A stretch of 64,000 nt of DNA from a virus, in the IMG/VR virus record IMGVR_UViG_3300044730_001661, positions 3,997-67,996 of that record; one strand, given 5' to 3'. The position numbers and the translations under genes are program-made. The notes under the pieces were generated by a model. It made no database searches, was not told the DNA's origin, and saw only the letters and a list, made by a program, of their open reading frames with translations. Within the stretch, counting starts at the first letter, position 1, and every line of letters begins with the position of its first letter. Shown piece by piece: positions 34,225 through 43,788 of the stretch.

Positions 34225-35724
34225 TTATCTATACGGTACGTCTTTTAACTTATCTGTAATTGCGTCAATTTCCTTTTGACGTTTGGCATCCTGTTCGGCT
34301 TTGAAGCTGGCTCTTTGATTTGCTCTTTCTTCTGCTTCTCTTGCTCTGAGCTGATCTGCTTTGGCTCTCTTTTCTGCTTCTTCCTTTTTAATTCTTTGAC
34401 GAAGAGCCTCGTCTTCAACTGCCTTTGCCTCATCTTCTTGCTTGATTTTGTCTTGTGTAGATGTTCTAAGATCTTCAGTCGATCTACCAACAGTTTTTCC
34501 AAACATTTCATCGGCTTTTTGATTTACTATAGAGCTTCCGGCTTCGCCCATGGCAGCACCAGCACCACTGAGAGCAGCACCGGCATCACCACCAATCAAT
34601 CCACCGATTGCTCCCAATGCTCTAGATGCAGCCTGCGATCCTTGACCGACGTTTCCGGATTGAGCATTGATGCTGTCCTTTACTTTTGTTTCGGTTGCGG
34701 ATGCAATCTTCTCGTCTCTGCTCATTACCGAACGAGCAAAAGCAAGTTTTGATGTTTCTGCTGCAGTCAATTCTGATGGATCTTTGCCAGATAGATTTTC
34801 AATATCGCTTGCAAAAGCACTACTCATCTTGTTTGTCTGCTTTTGATCTCTGAATGCTTTCAATGCGGCACGGTTTTCAGCAGTATCTGCTGGAACTGTT
34901 CCGTCCTTTGCAAGAGTCTTTCCGGTTTCTTTTTCGTATTCAAGAGCTTCGTCTTCTTTATATCTGCGCTTTCTTTCTTCTGCTCTTGCAGCTCTTTCTT
35001 CGTCTTGTATTGCTCTCAAACCTATGTTTCCTGCAGCTATCTGTTTATTTCTGTCTGCCCGAGCAATTCTATTTACTGCACGACCTTCTGGTGTTAGTTC
35101 ATCACCTGGTTTTGTATTCATGGAAAGACCCTGACGAACCATCTTTGTATAATCGCTTTTTTCCATGTTTCCACCGAAAATAGGAGGTGCTGAATCAGGT
35201 TGTGCTCCGAACACGCTTGGTGAAGCTCCACTCTGTGAAGGAGCCCCCGCTGGTGCTCCGGAAGTTGATTGAATTTGAGAAAGACCGACACCAGCTCCTT
35301 GAGCTGCTTGGTTAGCATTGGAAGCGGTAGGTAAACCCATACCAACATTTGCAACAGTTGATAATGTTTTTAGGCCAGTTCCCATTCCAGGAGCAGCAGC
35401 GTTAACAGCATCTGCAACATCATCAAAAATGCCTTCTTTGATCATGCCGAACAAATTGCGATCAATATTCTTCGTAAAGGCTTTTGATTGTGGGGTTCCC
35501 TTATTCTTTGCATACTCTGCTGCAGAAATAGCTTGACTTATTAGATTTGGTGTGCTAATATTTGGATCAAAAGGTTTTTTCTCTTTTGGTCTACTATTCT
35601 CCAACATCATGTCGATTGTTTTACGAAAATCACTTTTTTTTAATTTTATTTGATCAGTTGAATGTTGCTGGCCAATAAAATTTTTAATATCCGAATAAAT
35701 TTTTCTATCGTTTTTATTATCCAT
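34225..35724 (-). CDS. Ala/Gly-rich coiled-coil late protein (499 aa) with glycine-zipper-like segments
   Basis: ALGAIGGLIGGDAGAALSGAGAAMG; IKE/LE possible cleavage sites; TAAATA upstream. Confidence 0.8.
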   Translation of the reverse strand: MDNKNDRKIYSDIKNFIGQQHSTDQIKLKKSDFRKTIDMMLENSRPKEKKPFDPNISTPNLISQAISAAEYAKNKGTPQSKAFTKNIDRNLFGMIKEGIFDDVADAVNAAAPGMGTGLKTLSTVANVGMGLPTASNANQAAQGAGVGLSQIQSTSGAPAGAPSQSGASPSVFGAQPDSAPPIFGGNMEKSDYTKMVRQGLSMNTKPGDELTPEGRAVNRIARADRNKQIAAGNIGLRAIQDEERAARAEERKRRYKEDEALEYEKETGKTLAKDGTVPADTAENRAALKAFRDQKQTNKMSSAFASDIENLSGKDPSELTAAETSKLAFARSVMSRDEKIASATETKVKDSINAQSGNVGQGSQAASRALGAIGGLIGGDAGAALSGAGAAMGEAGSSIVNQKADEMFGKTVGRSTEDLRTSTQDKIKQEDEAKAVEDEALRQRIKKEEAEKRAKADQLRAREAEERANQRASFKAEQDAKRQKEIDAITDKLKDVPYR

Positions 35725-35764
35725 GGCTGTAAAATATTTAGATTTTCATAAATACTTAAAAGGT

Positions 35765-36250
35765 ATGAAGAAACAGGTACTCTTGCTCAATCAAGACAAT
35801 ACCCCCCTGAATATCATTACCGTCAGTAAAGCCTATAAATTGATGTCCCGTGACAAGGTTTGGGGGGATGAAACCAACGAGTGTTATGAAGTCGCATCAG
35901 TATCAAAGATTGTCAAAATTCCTAAAATTTTGATTCTTAAATACTATGTAAAATTGCCTTATAAAAAGGCAGCACCTTCCAGACAAAACATCCTACGAAG
36001 AGATCATTTCTGTTGTCAGTATTGCGGTATTGACATGACTCCAAAAGAGGCTACCGTGGATCACGTTATACCTAGATCTAAAGGTGGGGCATCATCGTGG
36101 GTTAACATGGTTGCTGCCTGCAGAGACTGTAATTTGGCAAAGGGAAACCGAACTCCAAAAGAAGCAAAGATGGATCTAAAATCAAAGCCAAAAGAACCAT
36201 CCTACGGATTCTTGTTTGAAAACATGCTAATTAGTTTTAGGAAGAAATAA
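35765..36250 (+). CDS. HNH endonuclease (McrA-like)
   Basis: VLLLN..PL, NILRRD..CQYCG, TVDHVIPRSKGG..WVNMVAAC..CN..KG. Confidence 0.92.
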   Translation: MKKQVLLLNQDNTPLNIITVSKAYKLMSRDKVWGDETNECYEVASVSKIVKIPKILILKYYVKLPYKKAAPSRQNILRRDHFCCQYCGIDMTPKEATVDHVIPRSKGGASSWVNMVAACRDCNLAKGNRTPKEAKMDLKSKPKEPSYGFLFENMLISFRKK

Positions 36251-36251
36251 C

Positions 36252-36557
36252 ATGCCTAATTATGCTTATAAGTGTGAAAAATGTGATCATTCATTTGACG
36301 AAATGATGAAATATGAAGAACGCGACACACCGACCAAGAAACCTTGTCCAAAGTGTAAAAAAAAGAAAATAATAAGAGATTGGGCTGCTGGAACCCCCTC
36401 ATTGGCAATGGATACCACTCTTACTCCAAGTAAGGTTGTCGGAAGCCAATTTAAAGAAGTTATCGATAGAATCAAGAGCAGTGGACATGTTCCAAAGCGC
36501 CATCATGCAAAACTTGATGCCAGTGCTAATATGAATGCTGGGCGGATTGTCCGTTAA
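36252..36557 (+). CDS. FmdB-family zinc-ribbon protein
   Basis: MPNYAYKCEKCDHSF...CPKC. Confidence 0.88.
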   Translation: MPNYAYKCEKCDHSFDEMMKYEERDTPTKKPCPKCKKKKIIRDWAAGTPSLAMDTTLTPSKVVGSQFKEVIDRIKSSGHVPKRHHAKLDASANMNAGRIVR

Positions 36558-37102
36558 GACTTTGCCTGCATCATCGCCTTCAAAATATAATAACTGTCTA
36601 TAACATCCGTAACAGGATTAGTCAGTGAATTTTGACCAAAGACCGAGATCAAATCGGTCTTTGTTTCTTTGCTGAAGGCTTCGTACATTGCCTGTTTATC
36701 CGCGTTTCCCTTGCCCGTGGCGAGTTTCTTGACCTTGGACGGCTCTACGATGGTCACGGGAACGGCGAGCTTATGGAGCTTGTATTTCAGGATTCCGCAG
36801 TTCTCTGCAAGATTAAAAACTCGTCCATGGGAACCGTAAGAATAGCCTTCAATGGCTACGTCTGCAGCACCTATGCATAAATTTGTGGCCCATTCCGAAA
36901 TCGTATCAAATCTTTCGGTATCGTAGGCATATTCCTCAAAACCTTCCCCGTTGATATTTGGGGCAATTTTTGTGGCATATTTCTTTGTATTGGTTAAAAA
37001 ATAAAATGAGCAATTAGCAAAACAGAATTCTCGCTTCTCGTCATAAAGACAAATTGCTGGGCTTGTTATAGAATAGTCAATGCCTACTAACATGGAGAAC
37101 AT
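36554..37102 (-). CDS. RuvC-like Holliday junction resolvase
   Basis: GIDYS..SP, AIEGYSY, LAEN.G.LK, PSKVKK.ATGKGNADK, D..DS motifs. Confidence 0.85.
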   Translation of the reverse strand: MFSMLVGIDYSITSPAICLYDEKREFCFANCSFYFLTNTKKYATKIAPNINGEGFEEYAYDTERFDTISEWATNLCIGAADVAIEGYSYGSHGRVFNLAENCGILKYKLHKLAVPVTIVEPSKVKKLATGKGNADKQAMYEAFSKETKTDLISVFGQNSLTNPVTDVIDSYYILKAMMQAKS

Positions 37103-37115
37103 ATATATTTATACC

Positions 37116-37210
37116 TTGGCCAGCAGCGGTGGTTCCTGAGCATTACGATGAGCGTTTACTTCGATTGGCCCAAAAGGGATGCGTGGAACAAACCCACCGC
37201 TGCTGGCTAA
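37116..37210. ncRNA. Candidate ~95-nt RNA closed by a long terminal stem
   Basis: GCCAGCAGCGGTGG/CCACCGCTGCTGGC 14-bp perfect stem with inner GTTCC/GGAAC and GCAT/ATGC; flanked by TAAATA motifs. Confidence 0.55.
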
Positions 37211-37245
37211 AATATTTATAAATATTTGCATCAAAAGGAAATATT

Positions 37246-38373
37246 ATGGCAGTATATTACTGGCGCGGAGCAATAGATAGTGATGTCAACAACCCGTTAA
37301 ACTGGTCTCTTTGGTATAGTAGTGGATCTACTGCTACACCACCACCAGCAACATCAAAACCTGTATGGGGATCGGATGTACAATTTGTAAAATATACAGC
37401 CCCAGCAGGAAGCACTGTCACATATCCAATTTATGGGCCAAGTGGAACTTTATCTGGGACAAGTGCATCTGCTGGCTCCACTTCTGGTTTAAGATATCTA
37501 AAATCCATAAGAGTAGATGAAAACTTTCCAAAAAATATAGGATCTTCAGGTGGTTCTGGATATCTTAATATCTATGCCGATAATATCTATCTTTACCATG
37601 CGGCCAATAGCCACTCAAACGTTTATCTAAATGTTCCTTCAGATAGCCCAGCTGTTTCCGGACGTTTAGCTTATATATATGTTTCAAGCAAGGCTACCGG
37701 AGTAAATTATTTTATTCGAGGATATGGTCTATTAAATGCTGATGCCACGGCATACCCAACATATTCAAACATTTATCTTTATAATTTTACTGGTGGTGCA
37801 AATGCATTCTCAGCTGGATCAAACGATACCTTTTTCTTAGATTCAACTTCTTCCATAGATCAAAATATGTATTTCTATGGCAAGGGAAATAGCATTGTAT
37901 TAGATAAAGGATTTTCAATAAATAACGATAACAGCATGTATCTTTTTGCTCTGCAAAGTGATTCAAGCCAATTATTATATCTGAGACCATTAGGATTTTC
38001 AGGTTCATCGGGACCTTCAGAAATTACAAATACCACACTAAAATTGGTCACACAGGGAATTAATAATCAGAGACCTTACATTTTAGTCGAACATGGAACC
38101 GATTTTACTAATTTGCAAATGCAAGCAGGACACATATCTTTCAATCCAGGTGGAGCAAACGATGGTTGCAGAATTTGGCAAGGAACCATGAACAGTGCAA
38201 CATCAAAAATGACTATTGCAAATACTGGCGATGTAACCATTCTTGAAGCATCTGGTGGGTATGATGGTTTTGCAATTCAGAGTGCCTCAACAAGCAGTCC
38301 CGTTCCGATTTATTATAATGGTAACTATTCAATAGTAATGTCAGACTCAAGTTATTACTGGGGAAATACTTAA
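37246..38373 (+). CDS. Putative virion structural protein (375 aa)
   Basis: N-terminal YYWRG....N...NW module; S/G/Y/N-rich; TATAAATA plus AGGA upstream. Confidence 0.75.
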   Translation: MAVYYWRGAIDSDVNNPLNWSLWYSSGSTATPPPATSKPVWGSDVQFVKYTAPAGSTVTYPIYGPSGTLSGTSASAGSTSGLRYLKSIRVDENFPKNIGSSGGSGYLNIYADNIYLYHAANSHSNVYLNVPSDSPAVSGRLAYIYVSSKATGVNYFIRGYGLLNADATAYPTYSNIYLYNFTGGANAFSAGSNDTFFLDSTSSIDQNMYFYGKGNSIVLDKGFSINNDNSMYLFALQSDSSQLLYLRPLGFSGSSGPSEITNTTLKLVTQGINNQRPYILVEHGTDFTNLQMQAGHISFNPGGANDGCRIWQGTMNSATSKMTIANTGDVTILEASGGYDGFAIQSASTSSPVPIYYNGNYSIVMSDSSYYWGNT

Positions 38374-38394
38374 TAAATTTTTATAAAATATTAT

Positions 38395-38426
38395 AAAAAA
38401 TCCTCCCCATTAAGGGGAGGATTTTT
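38395..38426. terminator. Bidirectional intrinsic terminator
   Basis: AAAAAATCCTCCCC-ATTAA-GGGGAGGATTTTT between convergent units. Confidence 0.88.
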
Positions 38427-38433
38427 ATTTATG

Positions 38434-38506
38434 CTCCTCCGACTGGAATCGAACCAGTGACATGGAAGTTAACAGCTTCCCGCTCTACCTACTGAGCTAC
38501 AGAGGA
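38434..38506 (-). tRNA. tRNA-Asn(GTT)
   Basis: Reverse complement TCCTCTG...GGAAG-CTGTTAA-CTTCC...GGTTCGATTCC...CGGAGGA-G. Confidence 0.95.
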
Positions 38507-38513
38507 GTGAGGA

Positions 38514-40403
38514 TCAGACTATCTGGCAACCTCCAGCACTGCAGGCAAATTCCTTTGCCGACTCAGTATTGTCTTCTGCCTCATATTTAGAGAGCTCCTT
38601 GAAGTTAACCTTAACCTTCGGATGCGCTGCATATGTTGCGGAATCAATTTGCTCAAATGGAGCCTGAGCGTATGTGTGATTGTCGCCACCGGGAAGGAAC
38701 GAGATGCCTGTTGCGACATCGAAGTTCTCCCAGAGCCAGTTACCGACCTCAAGGAACTCGGAGTCCTTGTAGTTGACGGTGATCGATGGCTTGTGATGGC
38801 AGTAATGTTCCTGATAAGTCTTCCACAGATCCAAGTGATCCAATGCACGGAGATCTTCCGTGGTGATTGTGCCTCTTGGAGCCTTCATGGCAAATGTGAA
38901 GACAGCCGTGTTATTAGGATTGATCACATCATCTTCGCAAGGAACGCCTTGATCCTTCATAAGATTGTAAATTGGGTCCTTCTTGTCAATGCGAATTCTA
39001 CGGTAATAGTGTTCCGCATAGCGTGGGTGAAGACCGGATGCCGAATCGACCAAGCACGAAGTAGTGCCCTCTGGCTTGATACATGTGATGGACTTGCTTG
39101 GATTGATGCCAAGCTTCTCTGCCCACTTCATGTTGGTTGCCGTTGCATGGTCCCGGAGGGTTTCAAGTAGACGCACCAATTTGGGCTTACCTTCGAGACC
39201 GCTGGTCAATTTATTATCATAAATTCCTGTCATGCTGACACCCAGCAGACGCTCCTCTTCGCAGTTCTTCTTCCACTCGGGACGAAGGTATGGGAAGTGA
39301 GTGAAAGTCGATTGAACCGTACCGATAATGGTGGCGATCTCAATCTTCTTCTTCAGGGAAGCGGCAGTGTCATCAGGACGAACAACGACTGTTGAAAGAT
39401 TGCAGAACTCAAATGGCTTGAGAATAATCTCCGAGCATGGATTCGTACCATACTCGCAGTTCTCGTCACGACCCCACTTGGCTGCTTGTTCCTGCAATGC
39501 CTTGCGGTTGATCATTCCACGCTCACCGCTATGGCTATTGTAGAGCGAAGTCCACTCCTCAAGGAACTGACCCATCGGAGGACGACCACGGTAGACAGCA
39601 GAGTTGTTTGCGTAGGAACGGAAGCCAGCCTGCTCCCACCATGCGCCGCTCTTGCAGAGAGCCATCTCACGATCCGAAAGATCGCTGAGAGAAATCATGG
39701 CAGAACGACGAACACCACCGACGATAACTGCGTTTGCAATTGCACAGCAAATATCATGGCACTCAAGAGCAGTGAGTCTGCGTCCCTGTGCGTTGTAGAA
39801 CACCTTGACGATGAACTTGAACAGATTGTCAAGAGGAGCAGGACCACTTGCACGACCACCAAAAGTCTTCAGTCTTGCACCAGCTGGACGAATGTTCGAC
39901 AGATCCCACTTAACATGGCGACCTGCATACAAGTGATCCATGATGAACTTGACTGCGTTGCCCCAACCCTCCTTCGAGTCCTCAACAACATAAGTGATCT
40001 CGAAAGCCTTTTCAATCTTGTTCGCAACCTGTGGGAGCTTGTCGGTGTACTGATGTTCAACCGAATAGCCAACACCAGTGCCGTTCATGAGAACGACAAA
40101 CAGTTCTGCAAACGAATCAAGACTGTCAATCGGCAAGTACGAGCAATTGTACAGGCAAGTGTTGTCGTGATCCAGAGCAGGTCCAGCAGTCATCAGACTG
40201 CGCATAGAAGGCAATACCTCAAGATTGAGAATTGCTTCCTTTACGTCAGGACGCTCTGCAAGCTGAGGAACCTTAGTGGTAAAGTACTTCCACCAGCGGT
40301 CAACGCATTCCTCCCAGGATTCACGCCGATTGTAGTCCGGCATCCAGCGAGAATAGCGAGAGATAAAAATAAACGATTGAAAAGGTGATAAAATTTCTGC
40401 CAT
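38514..40403 (-). CDS. nrdJ: Class II (adenosylcobalamin-dependent) ribonucleotide reductase, monomeric type
   Basis: VGGVRRSAMI, GTNPCSEI, FCNL, ITCIKPEGT, HKPSIT, C-terminal ACSAGGC; no NrdB nearby. Confidence 0.93.
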   Translation of the reverse strand: MAEILSPFQSFIFISRYSRWMPDYNRRESWEECVDRWWKYFTTKVPQLAERPDVKEAILNLEVLPSMRSLMTAGPALDHDNTCLYNCSYLPIDSLDSFAELFVVLMNGTGVGYSVEHQYTDKLPQVANKIEKAFEITYVVEDSKEGWGNAVKFIMDHLYAGRHVKWDLSNIRPAGARLKTFGGRASGPAPLDNLFKFIVKVFYNAQGRRLTALECHDICCAIANAVIVGGVRRSAMISLSDLSDREMALCKSGAWWEQAGFRSYANNSAVYRGRPPMGQFLEEWTSLYNSHSGERGMINRKALQEQAAKWGRDENCEYGTNPCSEIILKPFEFCNLSTVVVRPDDTAASLKKKIEIATIIGTVQSTFTHFPYLRPEWKKNCEEERLLGVSMTGIYDNKLTSGLEGKPKLVRLLETLRDHATATNMKWAEKLGINPSKSITCIKPEGTTSCLVDSASGLHPRYAEHYYRRIRIDKKDPIYNLMKDQGVPCEDDVINPNNTAVFTFAMKAPRGTITTEDLRALDHLDLWKTYQEHYCHHKPSITVNYKDSEFLEVGNWLWENFDVATGISFLPGGDNHTYAQAPFEQIDSATYAAHPKVKVNFKELSKYEAEDNTESAKEFACSAGGCQIV

Positions 40404-40429
40404 ATTTGAGACTCCTTTGGTGGGTGTCT

Positions 40430-41140
40430 TTATTTAGTTGTTAGAGTTTGCCACGAAACCGGGAAAAGTGGAGCAATAAGTTGTCCGATTGCCTCGGCAA
40501 ATTTTTGAATTTCCCATTGTGCATGACTGTCGATTCTCAGGTTATAAACGCGGGCAAATGCGTAGAGAGAACCAGTCCACACAAATTCCGTATAAGTTCC
40601 TTGTGGCAAGATTGAACGGGCTTGCTCAGGAGCAACACCGTCTGCCAAAAGTTTGTTGTAAAGATCAAGACACTCGTTGACGACACCTTGGTATTCCTGT
40701 CGCAACTTAATGCAGAGATCCATATCTTCAATTGCACCACTGCTCCCCTGCTTGGCTCCATCGGTAGGAGCACCACGCCACATCGGAACATAGACTTCCG
40801 GTTCAAATGTGACATATCTACGGCTGACCTCGTTCATGACAAGACCAATCTGGTGCTTTCCAAGTTGTGCACGAACAAAGATCGGGCACTTGATGCGCAA
40901 GCTGATCTGCGGATGACAGAAAGGAGTGAAGTGATTATGCTTTGCAAGATACTTGATAAGTTTTGTATCTTTCTCCAGCAACTTCTGTTCCTGATATCCG
41001 GTCCAGTTTCTCTCTGAATCCCAATAGCTTTCCTTGTTGAAGGAAACTCTTGCGGCGTTGACAACGCTAAGATCCGATCCCATGTAGTCCATTAGATCAA
41101 CATGTCCGTGATCCAAAACAAAATACTTAGTCTGAGCCAT
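40430..41140 (-). CDS. thyX: Flavin-dependent thymidylate synthase
   Basis: VNAARVSF, HFTPF, PIFV..Q..KH....NEVSRRY, PEQARSILP, HAQWEI. Confidence 0.95.
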   Translation of the reverse strand: MAQTKYFVLDHGHVDLMDYMGSDLSVVNAARVSFNKESYWDSERNWTGYQEQKLLEKDTKLIKYLAKHNHFTPFCHPQISLRIKCPIFVRAQLGKHQIGLVMNEVSRRYVTFEPEVYVPMWRGAPTDGAKQGSSGAIEDMDLCIKLRQEYQGVVNECLDLYNKLLADGVAPEQARSILPQGTYTEFVWTGSLYAFARVYNLRIDSHAQWEIQKFAEAIGQLIAPLFPVSWQTLTTK

Positions 41141-41357
41141 TTTTATTGGTTGGATCTCTGTCATCTTCTTCCTCATCATCATCAACAAGTTCAACTTTAA
41201 CACCGGGGATCTTTGTAAAATCGGCAGCATACTCTCTTGCACGTGCCCAAAGCTTTGGATCCATTTCCTTTACATATTCACCAAAGCGCTGAACAAACGT
41301 TAAATAAGCTTCGCTAGCCTTGAGGATATCTTCCTCTGAGATTTCTTCTTCATCCAT
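41127..41357 (-). CDS. Acidic hypothetical protein (76 aa)
   Basis: Packed between primase and thyX. Confidence 0.75.
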   Translation of the reverse strand: MDEEEISEEDILKASEAYLTFVQRFGEYVKEMDPKLWARAREYAADFTKIPGVKVELVDDDEEEDDRDPTNKNGSD

Positions 41358-41358
41358 T

Positions 41359-42336
41359 TTAAACCTTCTTCCAGTTAGTATATTTCATCTTAGCCTTAAG
41401 TCCAGAATAAACATTGTTGATAATGAGCTTGTAGGTTATTTCCAAGCCGTAAGCCATTACCATGTCATTAATGTCCTTCTTGTTTATTTCAGAAGGCCAT
41501 ATAACGACATTTCTTCCAGAGTCAATGTACTTTCCAATGAGGTGGACTATCTCTGAATTTCTAGGCTCATTGTCGAATATGAACACCACATTCGATTTTT
41601 TGATCTTTTCTGGAAGTGTCTCAATCCATCCCGCACCTTGGAGTGCAACTCCGTTCGGCAGGAACATCGAATCAATCGGCCCTTCGGTGACATACACCGT
41701 AGAACGTGGATCTACCTTATCTAGGTTATACCAAAGACGCTCGCAACCTTGCTGTTTAAGCGTGATATAGCGGATTGCATTCTCGCTGAACGCTCGTCCC
41801 TGTACGCCCAAAAGCTCTCCGCTTTCGTCGTAGAAGGGGATGACGAGCCGTTCCTCCGTCTTGCCATCCCTATCAAAGGATCGCATGATCTTGCCAAAAT
41901 CAGCAGTGTAATAAAAGTTGCTGTACTTTTCTTTCGGAATAAATCTAGACTGAACATATTTTACCGCCTTGTGGTCTGCGTTGAGCAGGTCCAGTCTTGT
42001 CCCGAGTTCTGTAAACACAGGCTGACGCTTCTCGGGCTTGGTTTCTTCTTCCAAGACTGGATTTTTTTCTTTGTAGACTTCGAATGCGTATTCCTTGCAG
42101 AGAGATGGGCTGACACTTTCAAGTACAGAATATAGATTGCAAGCAACACCGCAATTGTGACATTTGTATACATAATTTCCTTTGTGCTCGAAGAAGTATC
42201 CCCTTGTCTTGGACTTGTTCTTCTGCGAGTCGCCACACTTGAAACATCTGCATGTGGCTAAAGTATCCTTTTTCCACTTGAACTTTTCAAGTGAACCTGA
42301 CAGAAGATTAACATACTTCTTGTCAATGTATAGCAT
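41359..42336 (-). CDS. gp61: DNA primase (T4 gp61-like)
   Basis: CFKCGDS..NK.K.RG zinc finger, CHNCG, TEGPIDS, FDNEPRN, KDINDM. Confidence 0.95.
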   Translation of the reverse strand: MLYIDKKYVNLLSGSLEKFKWKKDTLATCRCFKCGDSQKNKSKTRGYFFEHKGNYVYKCHNCGVACNLYSVLESVSPSLCKEYAFEVYKEKNPVLEEETKPEKRQPVFTELGTRLDLLNADHKAVKYVQSRFIPKEKYSNFYYTADFGKIMRSFDRDGKTEERLVIPFYDESGELLGVQGRAFSENAIRYITLKQQGCERLWYNLDKVDPRSTVYVTEGPIDSMFLPNGVALQGAGWIETLPEKIKKSNVVFIFDNEPRNSEIVHLIGKYIDSGRNVVIWPSEINKKDINDMVMAYGLEITYKLIINNVYSGLKAKMKYTNWKKV

Positions 42337-43751
42337 TATTTAGCGCCTTCGAAGGTCCAGTTGATGGCCTTGTTCTTCTTCTTTCCGAACTGTGGGTTGA
42401 ATGCCTGACCATCTGACCCTGAGCCAAACGCCTCCTCATCGGTATTATTTGCATTGATGAGATTATTATTTGTGTTATCAACATCGAAGAACTTCATCTT
42501 GGACTTGTTGACTCCGACCAAGAACTTTCTGTTCTTTGTTAGATCATTGCCACGGTTCTTCAGCTGCTTGACCATCAGATGACCACCCTCTGCAAGTTCT
42601 TCATTCTCAATCAGAGCAAAGAAAAAGTCTGCCGTCTGAGGCAAACCAAAGCTTTCGGATGTATCGGTCATCTCCATGTCGCTGCTCTTTGCACCTTCGC
42701 GGTTGACCTGGGTGGCCGTCCAGAGAGGTACGTTGAACTGCTTGGCGAGGCCACGGAGCTCTTCTGCAATACCCTTAACGTAAGTATAGCTGTTCATGCC
42801 GTTGCCCAGCTTAAAACGAGCACATGAACAAATGTTCAGATAGTCAACGAAGATTACGTCTGGGGTAAACTTCTTTTTAATCTTCAGCTCTTCCATAAGA
42901 TTACGGAAGTGAGTAACGTTGGCTGCTGCTGTAGGATACTCCTTGATGATGAGCTTTCCACGGCAGGTCTTTTTGAGGTTTTCAACCTTGCTCTCATACT
43001 TGGTAAGAGGCATCTGCTCAAGGATGTGCATCTCTGTATCCAATAGATTTGCATCGATGCGCTTTGCAATTTCCTCTTCAGCCATCTCAAGCGTGATGTA
43101 GAGAACATTCAGATTCTGTGACAGACATGCTGCTGCATGATGGCATAGGAATGCACTCTTTCCGACACCAGACGCTGCCATGACAACATTTAAGGTCTTC
43201 TTGCGGGTTCCGCCACGTGTGATGAGATTGAACATTTCCAAGTCAAAGGGAACCTTCTCTTCCACCCTGTGGTAATACTCGTATCGCTCGTCAACGTCCT
43301 CAAGGAAGTCGTGACCGACTCGGGTGTCAAAGGACACAGACAATGCCTTAGACATGATCTCTGGAATAGCATTCTGTGTCTGTTCCTTGTCCTTGCCTTC
43401 AATGATACCGATAGATGCCATGATACCATTGTAGATGGCTTTTTCCTTGCAGAACTTTTCAGTGTTCTCAACTAGCCAAATGGTGTCCGACTTCTCCCCC
43501 TCCTTGTACATTTCATCGGAGATAGAAACGCACTTCTTGAATTCTACCTCACCAAGACCCTTCTCGTTCTCCAGAGAGATGAGAATAGCATCCTTGGTGG
43601 GAATGTTGTTGTACTTTAGGATAAACTTGCTGACGATGTTGAACACCGTCTTCTCGGCTTTATCGTGGAAGTACTCTTCCTGAAGGAACGGAACGACCTT
43701 TCTTGCGTACTCCTCATTAAGTACCAAGTTCTTTAGAATGACTGTTTCCAT
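42336..43751 (-). CDS. gp41: Replicative DnaB-like helicase (T4 gp41-like)
   Basis: ASGVGKS, YITLEMAEE.IA.RIDAN, IKEYPT, DYLNIC, IAEELRGLA, TSESFGLP. Confidence 0.96.
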   Translation of the reverse strand: METVILKNLVLNEEYARKVVPFLQEEYFHDKAEKTVFNIVSKFILKYNNIPTKDAILISLENEKGLGEVEFKKCVSISDEMYKEGEKSDTIWLVENTEKFCKEKAIYNGIMASIGIIEGKDKEQTQNAIPEIMSKALSVSFDTRVGHDFLEDVDERYEYYHRVEEKVPFDLEMFNLITRGGTRKKTLNVVMAASGVGKSAFLCHHAAACLSQNLNVLYITLEMAEEEIAKRIDANLLDTEMHILEQMPLTKYESKVENLKKTCRGKLIIKEYPTAAANVTHFRNLMEELKIKKKFTPDVIFVDYLNICSCARFKLGNGMNSYTYVKGIAEELRGLAKQFNVPLWTATQVNREGAKSSDMEMTDTSESFGLPQTADFFFALIENEELAEGGHLMVKQLKNRGNDLTKNRKFLVGVNKSKMKFFDVDNTNNNLINANNTDEEAFGSGSDGQAFNPQFGKKKNKAINWTFEGAK

Positions 43752-43788
43752 ATTTTTATCTTATCACAAAGTCTTCACAAGTCCACCA

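Noticed and set aside
35723-35764. Overlapping divergent start codons (CATG) for the HNH gene and the 499-aa gene
   Set aside because: The HNH gene more plausibly starts at 35765, after its own TAAATA and AAGG.
39486-40388. 300-aa plus-strand ORF
   Set aside because: Lies antisense within nrdJ; no recognisable features.
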